Below are positions 33,971 through 42,736 of a stretch of DNA of 59,778 bases, piece by piece (positions within the stretch are counted from its first letter, which is position 1; each line of letters begins with the position of its first letter). The stretch is from contig JAUWRG010000002.1 of NCBI GenBank assembly GCA_030610655.1, forward strand, positions 1-59,778, read 5' to 3'. The notes below the pieces were generated by a model, which made no database searches, had not been told where the DNA came from, and saw only the letters and a list, made by a program, of their open reading frames with translations. A program made the position numbers and the translations under genes. This DNA comes from Dehalococcoidia bacterium. GTDB taxonomy: Bacteria > Chloroflexota > Dehalococcoidia > E44-bin15.

Positions 33971-35677
33971 TTATCGCTTGGTCGCCAGTGACCATAGAGT
34001 GCGCCAAGGCTTTAGCTTAATAAGCCCCATGGGTAGTTCCAACTGTGCCTTTTCACTCACCGGAAGCCCGTTTATCTCGTCTATCCTTGGTTTCAAGTGA
34101 GGCAACTCCTCCTCCAGGTTGCCGCAGGTTAGCATATCATCCATGCGTTGCATCATCTCCCGAGCCGCCAAAATACGTTGTTCTCCTGCCTCGGCCAGTT
34201 GTTTCGATACAACCCCGTACTTGGCTTTTAAACGGTTAAGGCGCAATATGGCTTCATAGGCAGCGTCAGCAATTTGGTGGAGGGTCATCCACTCCGTTTC
34301 ATAGTTCAGGGAGTATTTCCAGCTTGGTGAAATTAGTGCCTGGCGATGCTCCTTAAGCGTCCGAAACCGGATGCGGTATCCATAACGCTCTGGTTGCTCA
34401 AAGGCGAGACTACCCGGATCAAGGAAGGGTGATAGCGGGGCAATGAACAGGGAAAGCCGCTTATCCCCCCTAAATTTCTGGAATAAATAGTCGCAATAGT
34501 CAATGGTATCCATTACCGATTGCGGGGTCTGCCTCGGCAGCCCGATCATAAAGAAGACGTCCAATCGCCCACAATCGGCATCAAGGGCATCGCCCAACGT
34601 TCGCTCCAGCTCTCCATTGGAATAGTGTCTGCCATCGGCCCGTCTTACCTCAGGGTCGTGCGACTCGGGAGAAATCTCTAAGCAGAATTTGGGACAGGAT
34701 AGGCCCATCTGGCGCAGAAGCTCCCTTGGCGCTGGGGTGAATAGCTCTAGGATGAATTGATTCTTGGCATTATTCTTATGGAGCAACTGTAAAACTTCAT
34801 AAGCATAATTTTCCCCAGCTTGCCGCAGGTCGCCGAGGATGAAGATGGGGCCACTGCTGAAACGCTCGATCTGTCTTACATCTTCAGCCACCGATTGCGG
34901 GGAACGAAACACGGTCCTATCTCGACCATAGAACTGGCGGAAGGCTGAGGCAGACCCACCACAAATGGCACAATTGTGGGTGCAACCGCGGCAGGTAAAA
35001 ACCGCAGTAATTGGATATTTTACCCAGTTGCTGAATGGAACATAGCTGGCAAGGTCGCGGTATCTAATCACCGAACGGACGACATTGGCATAATGGTTGA
35101 CCATTACCCCACTAAGGTCGGCAGGAACATGGGAGAAGGGGTTTTCTCGGCTTCTGCCCTGGCTATCTCGCCAGACAAGATTGGGTACTGCCTCTGGCTC
35201 TATTCCCCCTTTTATACAGTCCATTAACTGGCGCAAGGGCTCCTCGGTAGAGTCACCTCTCACTATATAGTCTATCTCAGAGTACTCCATTAGTTCCTGA
35301 TAGTAGTAAGAAGCGGAGAACCCGCCTACTACCACCTTGGCGTTGGGATGGTGCCGTTTCACCAACTTTGCTACCTCAATCGCACCATGAGAATGGACTA
35401 GCCAGTGCAAATCGATGCCGAAAACCGGTGACCTCAGGCGCTTTATCAACGCCTCAGCGTCGAAGCTTCTGTCATTTAGCATCCGCACCGCAAGGTTGAT
35501 AATGCGTACCTGATAGCCAGCCCGCTTCAGATATTCGGCAATGCTGGCAAAGCCTATCGGGTACATCTCGAAAACCGGAGAGGGCGGAATCAGGTCACTA
35601 ACCGGTCCGTAAAGAATCGTTTTTTGCCGAAAATCGTACACACTTGGCGGATGCAATAAAATCAGGTCAGGCGACAT
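33971..35677 (-). CDS. cobalamin-binding-domain (class B-like) radical SAM protein
   Basis: 568 aa. The N-terminal Rossmann-like B12-binding-type domain reads ILLHPP...YPIGFASIAEYLKRAGYQVRIINL...VVVGGFSASYYYQEL...IVRGDSTE. It is followed by the radical SAM cluster motif CRGCTHNCAIC. Confidence 0.82.
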   Translation of the reverse strand: MSPDLILLHPPSVYDFRQKTILYGPVSDLIPPSPVFEMYPIGFASIAEYLKRAGYQVRIINLAVRMLNDRSFDAEALIKRLRSPVFGIDLHWLVHSHGAIEVAKLVKRHHPNAKVVVGGFSASYYYQELMEYSEIDYIVRGDSTEEPLRQLMDCIKGGIEPEAVPNLVWRDSQGRSRENPFSHVPADLSGVMVNHYANVVRSVIRYRDLASYVPFSNWVKYPITAVFTCRGCTHNCAICGGSASAFRQFYGRDRTVFRSPQSVAEDVRQIERFSSGPIFILGDLRQAGENYAYEVLQLLHKNNAKNQFILELFTPAPRELLRQMGLSCPKFCLEISPESHDPEVRRADGRHYSNGELERTLGDALDADCGRLDVFFMIGLPRQTPQSVMDTIDYCDYLFQKFRGDKRLSLFIAPLSPFLDPGSLAFEQPERYGYRIRFRTLKEHRQALISPSWKYSLNYETEWMTLHQIADAAYEAILRLNRLKAKYGVVSKQLAEAGEQRILAAREMMQRMDDMLTCGNLEEELPHLKPRIDEINGLPVSEKAQLELPMGLIKLKPWRTLWSLATKR

Positions 35678-35702
35678 TAACTCCCTACCTTTATCAAAGA
35701 TT

Positions 35703-35798
35703 TTAACCCCAGAAGACCCCGGCTGGGATATAGCCGGTGACCAGGAGTAAGTGAGCTACCAGGATAAATGGAACGGCAGCGGTGGTGAAATAGCTCAC
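35703..35798 (-). CDS. possible 31-aa single-TM micro-protein, translationally coupled to the upstream prenyltransferase gene
   Basis: GTG at 35798 overlaps the UbiA stop (GTGTGA). It encodes MSYFTTAAVPFILVAHLLLVTGYIPAGVFWG and fills the otherwise empty 117-nt gap before the radical SAM gene. Speculative. Confidence 0.3.
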   Translation of the reverse strand: MSYFTTAAVPFILVAHLLLVTGYIPAGVFWG

Positions 35799-36742
35799 AC
35801 TACCCCGGCGATGAAGAACCCCACCGCCATCAGAAGTCCTGTAGCCAGGTATACCATCGGCGTCATGGCATTGGCTGGAGCGAGGGCTTTGGAATCGGCG
35901 TAGTTCTTTATCGCAACCCTCATCGCTCTCAGCGCCAAGGGGAGCGTCAGAAGCCCAAGTAGAGCAAATGGGGTAATCCCCGCAGCAATAACCCCGATTA
36001 CGAGGCATATATAGGCAGCGCTCAATAGCACCATGTATCCCTTTGCTGCCCTCTCCTTGCCTAATAGCACAACCAGATGGTTCTTGCCTACTGCCTTGTC
36101 GGCGGCATAATCCGGAATCTCATTGACCCATAAAAGTGCGGCAATGATAATTGCCAGGGGAATGGATGCGATCACCGGCACCCACGATTCAAGCGAGTGC
36201 CACGAAAATGTCTGAGCTTGAATCCAGTATGCTCCCAGGGTTACCAGGATGCCACAATTTAGCCCTACTATCGCTTCCGCCGGCCATCGGTAGCCTAATT
36301 TAAGAGGTGGAGCTGTGTAAAAAAAACCACTGAAGACGCCGATAGTCCCCAGGATGAGGATCATGGGGCCGCTGGCCCAGGTGGCCCAGACGAGATATGC
36401 CCCGATGGCTGCTACCGCAACGAAGCAGAACATCCCCGCCACAAGAACGCGCGAAGGAGCGATCAGCCCCTGCTGAATCATGCGACTCCCTCCAGTGAAC
36501 GGGGCTACATACTCGACATTGATGTCATCGGTAGAGCGGTCAAAATAATCGTTGACTAGGTTTGTGCCACTGTTTATTAGGGCAGCGCCCACCAGCGCCA
36601 GCAGAAAGTAGTGCCAATAAAATATCTCAGTGCTCTGCCAGGCGATGGCAGTCCCCAGGATAGCAGGGGTGATCACAGCAACGAAGAAGGGCGCTCTTAT
36701 GGCGACAAACCAAAGTTTGACCCAGTTACCGACTTTGACCAT
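35795..36742 (-). CDS. UbiA-superfamily prenyltransferase, MenA-like (paralog 1)
   Basis: 315-aa polytopic membrane ORF. The first Asp-rich motif is NDYFDRSTD and the second is NEIPDYAADKAVGKNHLVVLLG, resembling 1,4-dihydroxy-2-naphthoate prenyltransferases. Confidence 0.8.
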   Translation of the reverse strand: MVKVGNWVKLWFVAIRAPFFVAVITPAILGTAIAWQSTEIFYWHYFLLALVGAALINSGTNLVNDYFDRSTDDINVEYVAPFTGGSRMIQQGLIAPSRVLVAGMFCFVAVAAIGAYLVWATWASGPMILILGTIGVFSGFFYTAPPLKLGYRWPAEAIVGLNCGILVTLGAYWIQAQTFSWHSLESWVPVIASIPLAIIIAALLWVNEIPDYAADKAVGKNHLVVLLGKERAAKGYMVLLSAAYICLVIGVIAAGITPFALLGLLTLPLALRAMRVAIKNYADSKALAPANAMTPMVYLATGLLMAVGFFIAGVV

Positions 36743-36744
36743 TT

Positions 36745-37947
36745 CTAGCCTCCTTTCAGTGATGACTTACTGACCCCCACCTTGACTTCATCACGCATCC
36801 GCGCTTCGACAGCGGAGTAGGTTTTGTTGAGGAAGCAAAAGGGGTCCTCCTCTAAATAGTCGCCGAGGTGAGCGTAAGCTCTGCCGCGGCATCCTCCACA
36901 TATGTTCCTGTAGGAGCATACCCCACATTTTCCCTTCAAGTTATCTCTATTCCGTAAGCTATTGAATAAATGCGAATTATACCATATTTGCGGTAAGGGG
37001 GTTTGACGCACATTACCGCCGCTTATGGGGATGAATGGGCAGGGCCAAACCTCGCCATCGGGCTTTATATAGCAAAGCCCGCTACCGGCGACGCAGCCCT
37101 TGAAAACCTTTTCTGCGAGCGCCATTCCCCAAGGCACTCTGCCACTCCTCCTCACTAGGTAGGCCCAATATTGGGGATAACATACTGGTTCAATTACGGC
37201 GCTACTCGTTTGTTGTTTATCTATTATTAGATTTACTGTGGCAAGATACTCTTCTATCGAGAGTTCCATATCCATCTTTCCTCTACCTTCAGGAACTACC
37301 TGGTAGAGAAGCACAATCTCAGTGCCAACTTCAGAGGCAAAATCGAGCAGACCCGGTATGGAGGAGCGATTCTCCTTCATGACTGTTGTATTGATTTGCA
37401 GGTTCATCCCCATATCGAGCGTGTTATAAATCGCCTGCTTAGTCTTTTCGAAGGAACCTGGAACCTGTGTTATCCCTTCGTGAACCGTCTTGTCGTTGGC
37501 GTTGAGTCCAATAGCCATATTGGCCACTCCCATTTTCTTAAATCTCTTTGCCACATCACGAGTAACCAGAGTTCCATTTGTTGCAATTGAAATTTCAAAT
37601 CCAAGGCTGTGGGCATAGTCGACAAGCTCGAAGATATCGGGTCGGACCAGAGGTTCGCCTCCACCAAATGCGAGCATACGGAACTCCTGTATCTCAGCCA
37701 TCTGGTCTAAGAGCTTCTTACCCTCCTCGGTTGAAAGCTCCGCTGCACCCTTTTTGGCAGCACCAGCATGACACTGTTTGCACCTGAGGTTACAGGCCAG
37801 GGTTACTTCCCAGACAGGGTGGATAGGAAAGCCAATGCATCCCATGCCAAGAGCTCCTGCGGCCGTAGGAAGAGTATTCCTCCCTTTTAGTGTCCAGTGA
37901 GGGAGCTTCGTCCAGTGAGTCAGCATACCTAGATATAAGGCACTCAT
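36745..37947 (-). CDS. radical SAM / SPASM-domain protein
   Basis: Cluster motif CNLRCKQC, GGGEP, and a C-terminal SPASM-type Cys pattern (CVAGSGLC...WPCPF...CGVCSYRNICGGC). The start is ambiguous: ATG at 37845 (AGGAG 8 nt upstream), 37947 or 38055. Confidence 0.82.
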   Translation of the reverse strand: MSALYLGMLTHWTKLPHWTLKGRNTLPTAAGALGMGCIGFPIHPVWEVTLACNLRCKQCHAGAAKKGAAELSTEEGKKLLDQMAEIQEFRMLAFGGGEPLVRPDIFELVDYAHSLGFEISIATNGTLVTRDVAKRFKKMGVANMAIGLNANDKTVHEGITQVPGSFEKTKQAIYNTLDMGMNLQINTTVMKENRSSIPGLLDFASEVGTEIVLLYQVVPEGRGKMDMELSIEEYLATVNLIIDKQQTSSAVIEPVCYPQYWAYLVRRSGRVPWGMALAEKVFKGCVAGSGLCYIKPDGEVWPCPFIPISGGNVRQTPLPQIWYNSHLFNSLRNRDNLKGKCGVCSYRNICGGCRGRAYAHLGDYLEEDPFCFLNKTYSAVEARMRDEVKVGVSKSSLKGG

Positions 37948-37988
37948 CGCCTGTCTTAGTACGAGCGTCGGTGGGTTATAGAATGGTT

Positions 37989-39041
37989 TTACTTTTCTTT
38001 GATGATTCTTGAACAAGCTACACTCAGTCCTTCCAGCACCAGGGCAAATAAGCAAAGGGCACCTATTATTACCAGGTCACTATACCCTGTTTCCACATAG
38101 CTTAGCCCTACTATGAGAAAAGCAGCGATGTAGATGAAGGTGATAAGATGGTCGAGTAGCATGGTTCTCAAGGACACTGCTTCCAGAGTTCTAATATCCT
38201 CCATGCCTCCTTTCTTTCTGAGGCTATGGATATTCCATATTATAAAGGGCAACAGGATCAGGGAAAGAATCACAGTTATTTTAGGGACGCCGAAGAATGC
38301 GATAGCTATCATAAAGACATAGCAGAATGCAAGTAATGCAATGTATAGAAGAGCAGCCTTATCTTTGCCAAGTCTGACCGCTAGATTCATTTTTCCCACC
38401 ACTTTGTCAGAGGTCATGTCGGGAATTTCATTAATCAGGATAACCAGGAAGATGCTGAAAGCTCCGGGGAAGGAGGACAAAATAGCCACGGTATCAAAGC
38501 AGCTGGTCTGAAGATAGTAGCCCATGATGGTAGCGAGCCAACCACAGGAGAACCAGATGGCAATTTCCCCCAAACCGCGATAGCATAGCTGAATAGGCTT
38601 AGCGGTGTAAAAATAGCCAATAAATAAAGCCAGAACCCCCAGTGGGATAGTAAGGGGGCCAGTGTTATAGAAGAAATAAAGCACCAACCCAATAATAGAT
38701 ACTGGAATTACAAGGGCATAGGCAGCCCACAATGCCTGGCGCTGAGGCACCAGTCCCATTGGTAGCACGCGAGAACCGCCAGAAAGGCTGTGGAACTGTC
38801 TGTTTACTATATCTGCTCCGTAGTCATAGTATTCATTGATTAGAAAGGTTATTAGCATAATGAGAATGATGGCCAGTGTTGCAAGTAAGAGCACTGCCCA
38901 GCTAATGGGATACCCCTGGCTCCAGGCGATAATTGTTCCTAGGAGGAAAGGGAGAACGCCCCTTGCCGCGGGGCCGATGCGTAAGAGTGTAACCCAAGAT
39001 AACGCCTGCTGCTTAAGAGATATACTCTGGCTCATTCCCAA
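37989..39041 (-). CDS. UbiA-superfamily prenyltransferase, MenA-like (paralog 2)
   Basis: 350-aa polytopic membrane ORF with motifs NEYYDYGAD and NEIPDMTSDKVVGKMNLAVRLG. Confidence 0.8.
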   Translation of the reverse strand: MGMSQSISLKQQALSWVTLLRIGPAARGVLPFLLGTIIAWSQGYPISWAVLLLATLAIILIMLITFLINEYYDYGADIVNRQFHSLSGGSRVLPMGLVPQRQALWAAYALVIPVSIIGLVLYFFYNTGPLTIPLGVLALFIGYFYTAKPIQLCYRGLGEIAIWFSCGWLATIMGYYLQTSCFDTVAILSSFPGAFSIFLVILINEIPDMTSDKVVGKMNLAVRLGKDKAALLYIALLAFCYVFMIAIAFFGVPKITVILSLILLPFIIWNIHSLRKKGGMEDIRTLEAVSLRTMLLDHLITFIYIAAFLIVGLSYVETGYSDLVIIGALCLFALVLEGLSVACSRIIKEK

Positions 39042-39141
39042 GACCTATTTCCCTTAACCGTTGCCTCTCGTATTTCTAGTCCTCAGGGAGTTTGGGTTTT
39101 TCCTCTTCTTTATGGATATTTTGACACTGGAATCCATGTAA

Positions 39142-39963
39142 TTAATATGTTTCCTTATTCCTAATCTGTTTCAGTGACGATTTGTTGATTCCCACCTTTA
39201 CTTCATCGCCCATTTTGGCTCTAAGAAACCTGGCGGCATTGTTATTGCTCACCGATACCTCCAGATTTCCGCTGCTGCCGATAAGCGCTAGCAGCTCGGT
39301 TTCATCTTCATCGGCATAGGTCCGGCTCAGATCATCTATGATGTGACCGTGAACCTCGATGAAGATCCTGCCTCTGGGGAGGTTGTTCTTTTTGATGTCG
39401 GTGATTAGATTGCCAAAGTGGTCGATGTGAAGGATATGACCGACAAGCACTCCGTCTTCGCTAACCTGAGGTCGGGAAATGGGGAATGCATAGATTGAGT
39501 GAATAATCTCGCCAAACTCGTCGGGTGAAATGCCCCGAGATAGGTGGGCGGCTGCGGGAGCAAAGATGTCGCGACAGTGAAAGGTATCGCTTACGGGTGA
39601 AAGCAAGTAACGGGGATTTGTGAGGGCGAAGACCTGGATGTTATCCGGGGGAGTTTCATCTATTATGTAGCTGAGAAGGCCGTTGTCTGGAGCAAGAAAG
39701 AAGGCTGATGGCGTAACTAACAGCACTGCCTTTCGTTCGGTGCCTACCTCAGGATCAACGACAGCAACATGGATGGTGCCTTTGGGGAAATAATGATAGG
39801 TGGTGCTCAACAAAAAGGCAGCCTGAGCGATATTCTGTGGCTCGATGGCATGGCTGATGTCGATGATATTGACTTTAGGATTGATGCTGAGGATCACACC
39901 CTTTGCCGCTGCCACATACGGGTCTTGCAGGCCAAAGTCAGTGGTCAGTGTAATTACGCCCAT
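39142..39963 (-). CDS. SAM hydroxide adenosyltransferase family protein (DUF62, fluorinase/chlorinase-like fold)
   Basis: ITLTTDFGLQDPYVAAAKGVILSI...HVAVVDPEVGTERKAVLL is the family N-terminal signature. ATG at 39963 lies just after the secG stop. Confidence 0.82.
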   Translation of the reverse strand: MGVITLTTDFGLQDPYVAAAKGVILSINPKVNIIDISHAIEPQNIAQAAFLLSTTYHYFPKGTIHVAVVDPEVGTERKAVLLVTPSAFFLAPDNGLLSYIIDETPPDNIQVFALTNPRYLLSPVSDTFHCRDIFAPAAAHLSRGISPDEFGEIIHSIYAFPISRPQVSEDGVLVGHILHIDHFGNLITDIKKNNLPRGRIFIEVHGHIIDDLSRTYADEDETELLALIGSSGNLEVSVSNNNAARFLRAKMGDEVKVGINKSSLKQIRNKETY

Positions 39964-39967
39964 AGTT

Positions 39968-40189
39968 CTAACCAGCAACACGAACAGCGAATATCGAGAT
40001 GATGATAAAGATCGCAGTGAGGATGATGGTGAGCTGAAACAGCGTTTTCTCTACCCCTCTCTTGGTGCGGTACGTGCCCGTCTGGGTGCCGAAGATGCCT
40101 CCCAGCCCGCCTCCTCTCGCCTGGAGCATGATGGCAGCAATCAAGACTACAGCTATTATGATTTGAGCGATATTGAGATAGGTCAACAT
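39968..40189 (-). CDS. secG: preprotein translocase subunit SecG
   Basis: 73 aa with two TM helices and the Gly-rich loop LQARGGGLGGIFG. Confidence 0.8.
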   Translation of the reverse strand: MLTYLNIAQIIIAVVLIAAIMLQARGGGLGGIFGTQTGTYRTKRGVEKTLFQLTIILTAIFIIISIFAVRVAG

Positions 40190-40191
40190 GA

Positions 40192-41652
40192 CTAACCTTC
40201 CAGTTTCTCCTTCAAGAGTTCATTTACCAATGAGGCATTGGCCCGCCCCTTTGTCAGTCTCATCACCTGCCCTACAAGGAAGGTTTTCGCTCTTTCCTTA
40301 CCCTTTTTCAAATCTGCCACTGCCTGCTCGTTGGCTGCGATTACCTCGTCTATTACCTGGACTATCTTTTGTTCATCGCTGATCTGGGTAAGCCCTTTCT
40401 CGGCGATGATCTCGCTGGCGCGCTTGCCGTCACTGAACATATCTTCAAGGACTGTCTTGGCCGCGGCACCACTGAGTGTCCCTTTCTCGATGAGGTCCAG
40501 CATCTCCATTAGATGCTTGGATGTTACCTTGCAGTCGCTGATGTCGGTGACTGTAGAGTGTAGCAATCTGGTGAAATCGCCGAGAAGCCAGTTGCTCACC
40601 GCCTTGGTTCTCTTTTCAAGATTTGGGCCCTCAGTCAGGCCTATGCAGTCTTCGAAGTAATCAGCCATCGCTTTAGAGGTGGTTAGCAGGCTGGCATCAT
40701 AAACCGGTAGGCCATACTGCTGTGTGAATCTACTGCGCCTGGCATCGGGAAGCTCGGGGAGTTTGGCTCCAAGCTCTTCAACCCAGGTACGGCTGAACGC
40801 CATTGGAGGAAGATCAGGCTCAGGGAAATACCGATAGTCGTGGGCATACTCTTTACTCCGCTGTGACACTGTGACCCCTCTTTCCTCAATCCAGCCCCTG
40901 GTTTCTTGAACGATAGTTCCTCCTGCCTCAAGTACCTCTTTCTGCCTCTTCTCCTCGTATTCAAGGGCACGATAAACAGCCCTGAAGCTGTTCATATTCT
41001 TGACCTCGACCTTGGCTGCGTAGTCGGTTCTACCGAGCGGTCGAATACTTATATTGGCATCACACCTGAAGCTCCCGTCCTCCATATTCCCTGTGGAGAC
41101 GCCGAGAAACTGGAGGATGGCACGCAGCTTGATCAGGTATTGTCGCGCCTCCTCAGGGGAGCGTAGGTCAGGCTCACTTACGATTTCCATAAGAGGCACA
41201 CCAGAACGATTGACATCCATCAAGGTATAGGACTCCCCCTCTGGCGTGTGGCGATGAAGTAGCTTTGCTGTGTCCTCTTCAAGGTGAACTCGAGTGATCG
41301 CGATCCTCTTTTGTTGACCTTCAACCTCGATGTCCATCCCCCCATCGATGCTTATAGGGGTATCATACTGGGAGATCTGATAGCCTTTCATGAGGTCGGG
41401 ATAGGGGTAGTTCTTTCGGTCGAACTTGGTATATTCGGGGATGGTACAGTTTAAGGCAAGCGCTGTCATTACTGTGTATTCCAATGCTTGCTGGTTTATT
41501 ACAGGCAGAACACCGGGCATCCCCAGGCAAACGGGGCATACATGAGTGTTAGGGGCAGCATTTATGTAGTCCGCACTGCAACTGCAAAACATCTTGCTCT
41601 CTGTTAGTAGATGAGAGTGGACCTCCAAGCCGATGACCGTCTCATAATTCAT
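40192..41652 (-). CDS. gatB: Asp-tRNA(Asn)/Glu-tRNA(Gln) amidotransferase subunit B
   Basis: MNYETVIGLEVHSHLLTESKMFCSC...CPVCLGMPGVLPV and a C-terminal YqeY-like tail. The start is taken at the ATG at 41652; the track ORF extends to 41685. Confidence 0.95.
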   Translation of the reverse strand: MNYETVIGLEVHSHLLTESKMFCSCSADYINAAPNTHVCPVCLGMPGVLPVINQQALEYTVMTALALNCTIPEYTKFDRKNYPYPDLMKGYQISQYDTPISIDGGMDIEVEGQQKRIAITRVHLEEDTAKLLHRHTPEGESYTLMDVNRSGVPLMEIVSEPDLRSPEEARQYLIKLRAILQFLGVSTGNMEDGSFRCDANISIRPLGRTDYAAKVEVKNMNSFRAVYRALEYEEKRQKEVLEAGGTIVQETRGWIEERGVTVSQRSKEYAHDYRYFPEPDLPPMAFSRTWVEELGAKLPELPDARRSRFTQQYGLPVYDASLLTTSKAMADYFEDCIGLTEGPNLEKRTKAVSNWLLGDFTRLLHSTVTDISDCKVTSKHLMEMLDLIEKGTLSGAAAKTVLEDMFSDGKRASEIIAEKGLTQISDEQKIVQVIDEVIAANEQAVADLKKGKERAKTFLVGQVMRLTKGRANASLVNELLKEKLEG

Positions 41653-42106
41653 GCTAGAAGTAGTATAGCAGCGTTTTTGCGGCACGGCAAGGAGTACAGC
41701 GGGTAAAAAATTGCTGCCCTGTAACAGACTCCCTAGCTTCTGGCTGCCTTGCCGCTGAACTGTTTCAGCCGAGATCTAGGAGCTCCCCCTATCACCACCT
41801 CCATTGCCTCCGCCATGCATTGGCCCCTGGCTACCCTTACGTCGCGGCTCAGCAGGGCGAAGGAGAATCCATACCCACCAACGCACGTCTTCGCGCTTCG
41901 GAAAGCGGCCGTGCAATCTTTGATAGCGTAGTCGTTAGAGTATGCCGCCTAAGTCACGGCCAAAAAAACACACCCCAGAACACAAGGAAGATGAGTAGTC
42001 CCTTTTCCACTGTTCCACCTCTCCTTTTGCTTCTCCTGGCAATCACTCGCTACGGTAATGTAGCAAATAGTTCAAAATATGACAATAGCTGGGGACATCA
42101 GTTGGC

Positions 42107-42136
42107 TTGACGGGGCTTTCCCGCACATGGTATTGT
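42107..42136 (+). promoter_or_regulatory. putative promoter upstream of the small export protein gene
   Basis: TTGACG, 18 nt, TATTGT, the same -10 hexamer as the 20169 site. It would leave a very short leader, so this is tentative. Confidence 0.25.
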
Positions 42137-42151
42137 GCCGAGGGGATAGCT

Positions 42152-42703
42152 GTGTTCGAGAGCTTACTAAGCTTAGGGATTTCAAAAACACTGATAGTGT
42201 TTATCGTCTCGATGCTCCCCATAGTAGAACTCAGGGGTGCACTGCCAGTAGCGATAAACATTTTCCATATCCCATGGTATTATGCCTTCCCCATCGCTCT
42301 TGTCGGAAACATTCTTCCCGTTCCCTTTCTTCTTCTCTTTCTCGGCTTTGTGAGGCGAGTCGCCGCCAGGATGGGTGTTATCGGGACTGCGCTTGAGCGG
42401 GTTTTAGGCATGGCGCAGCGGCGAGGAAGGCTTGTAGAAAGATATGGGCGGATTGGGCTTATGCTCTTCGTCTCCATCCCCTTGCCAGTGACGGGTGCCT
42501 GGACCGGTTCAATGGTTGCATTTTTACTTGGGTTGAGATTTAGGGATGCCATGCTGTCAATTTGCTTGGGGGTACTATTGTCCGGGGTGATTGTCACTGT
42601 GCTGTGTCTATTGGATTGGGTTGGCGCTGTCATCGCTGGCGTTGGGCTGGGAGCGCTTATAGTTATAGGACTTTGGCCGCGGCGTGTTGAGAGAGCCTCA
42701 TAG
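42152..42703 (+). CDS. small multidrug-export-like membrane protein (COG2426-type)
   Basis: SMLPIVELRGALPVA...PFLLLFL and PLPVTGAWTGS motifs typical of this family. GTG at 42152 lies 6 nt after GAGGGG; the track ORF starts at 42107. Confidence 0.7.
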   Translation: MFESLLSLGISKTLIVFIVSMLPIVELRGALPVAINIFHIPWYYAFPIALVGNILPVPFLLLFLGFVRRVAARMGVIGTALERVLGMAQRRGRLVERYGRIGLMLFVSIPLPVTGAWTGSMVAFLLGLRFRDAMLSICLGVLLSGVIVTVLCLLDWVGAVIAGVGLGALIVIGLWPRRVERAS

Positions 42704-42736
42704 CTTGCTGTAGGTTCTTCTCAGTCCAAAGCTCCT

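Noticed and set aside
35703-36008. Full 101-aa track ORF overlapping the 3' end of UbiA paralog 1
   Set aside because: The upstream two-thirds overlaps the prenyltransferase gene out of frame. Only the last 31 codons, from the GTG at 35798 downstream of the UbiA stop, are kept as a speculative micro-ORF.
39142-39963. Including the DUF62 SAM hydroxide adenosyltransferase gene in the prenyltransferase/radical SAM cluster
   Set aside because: It lies on the same strand, but a 100-nt spacer separates it from UbiA paralog 2, and it is tightly packed with secG and gatB instead. There is no sequence-based reason to link it functionally.
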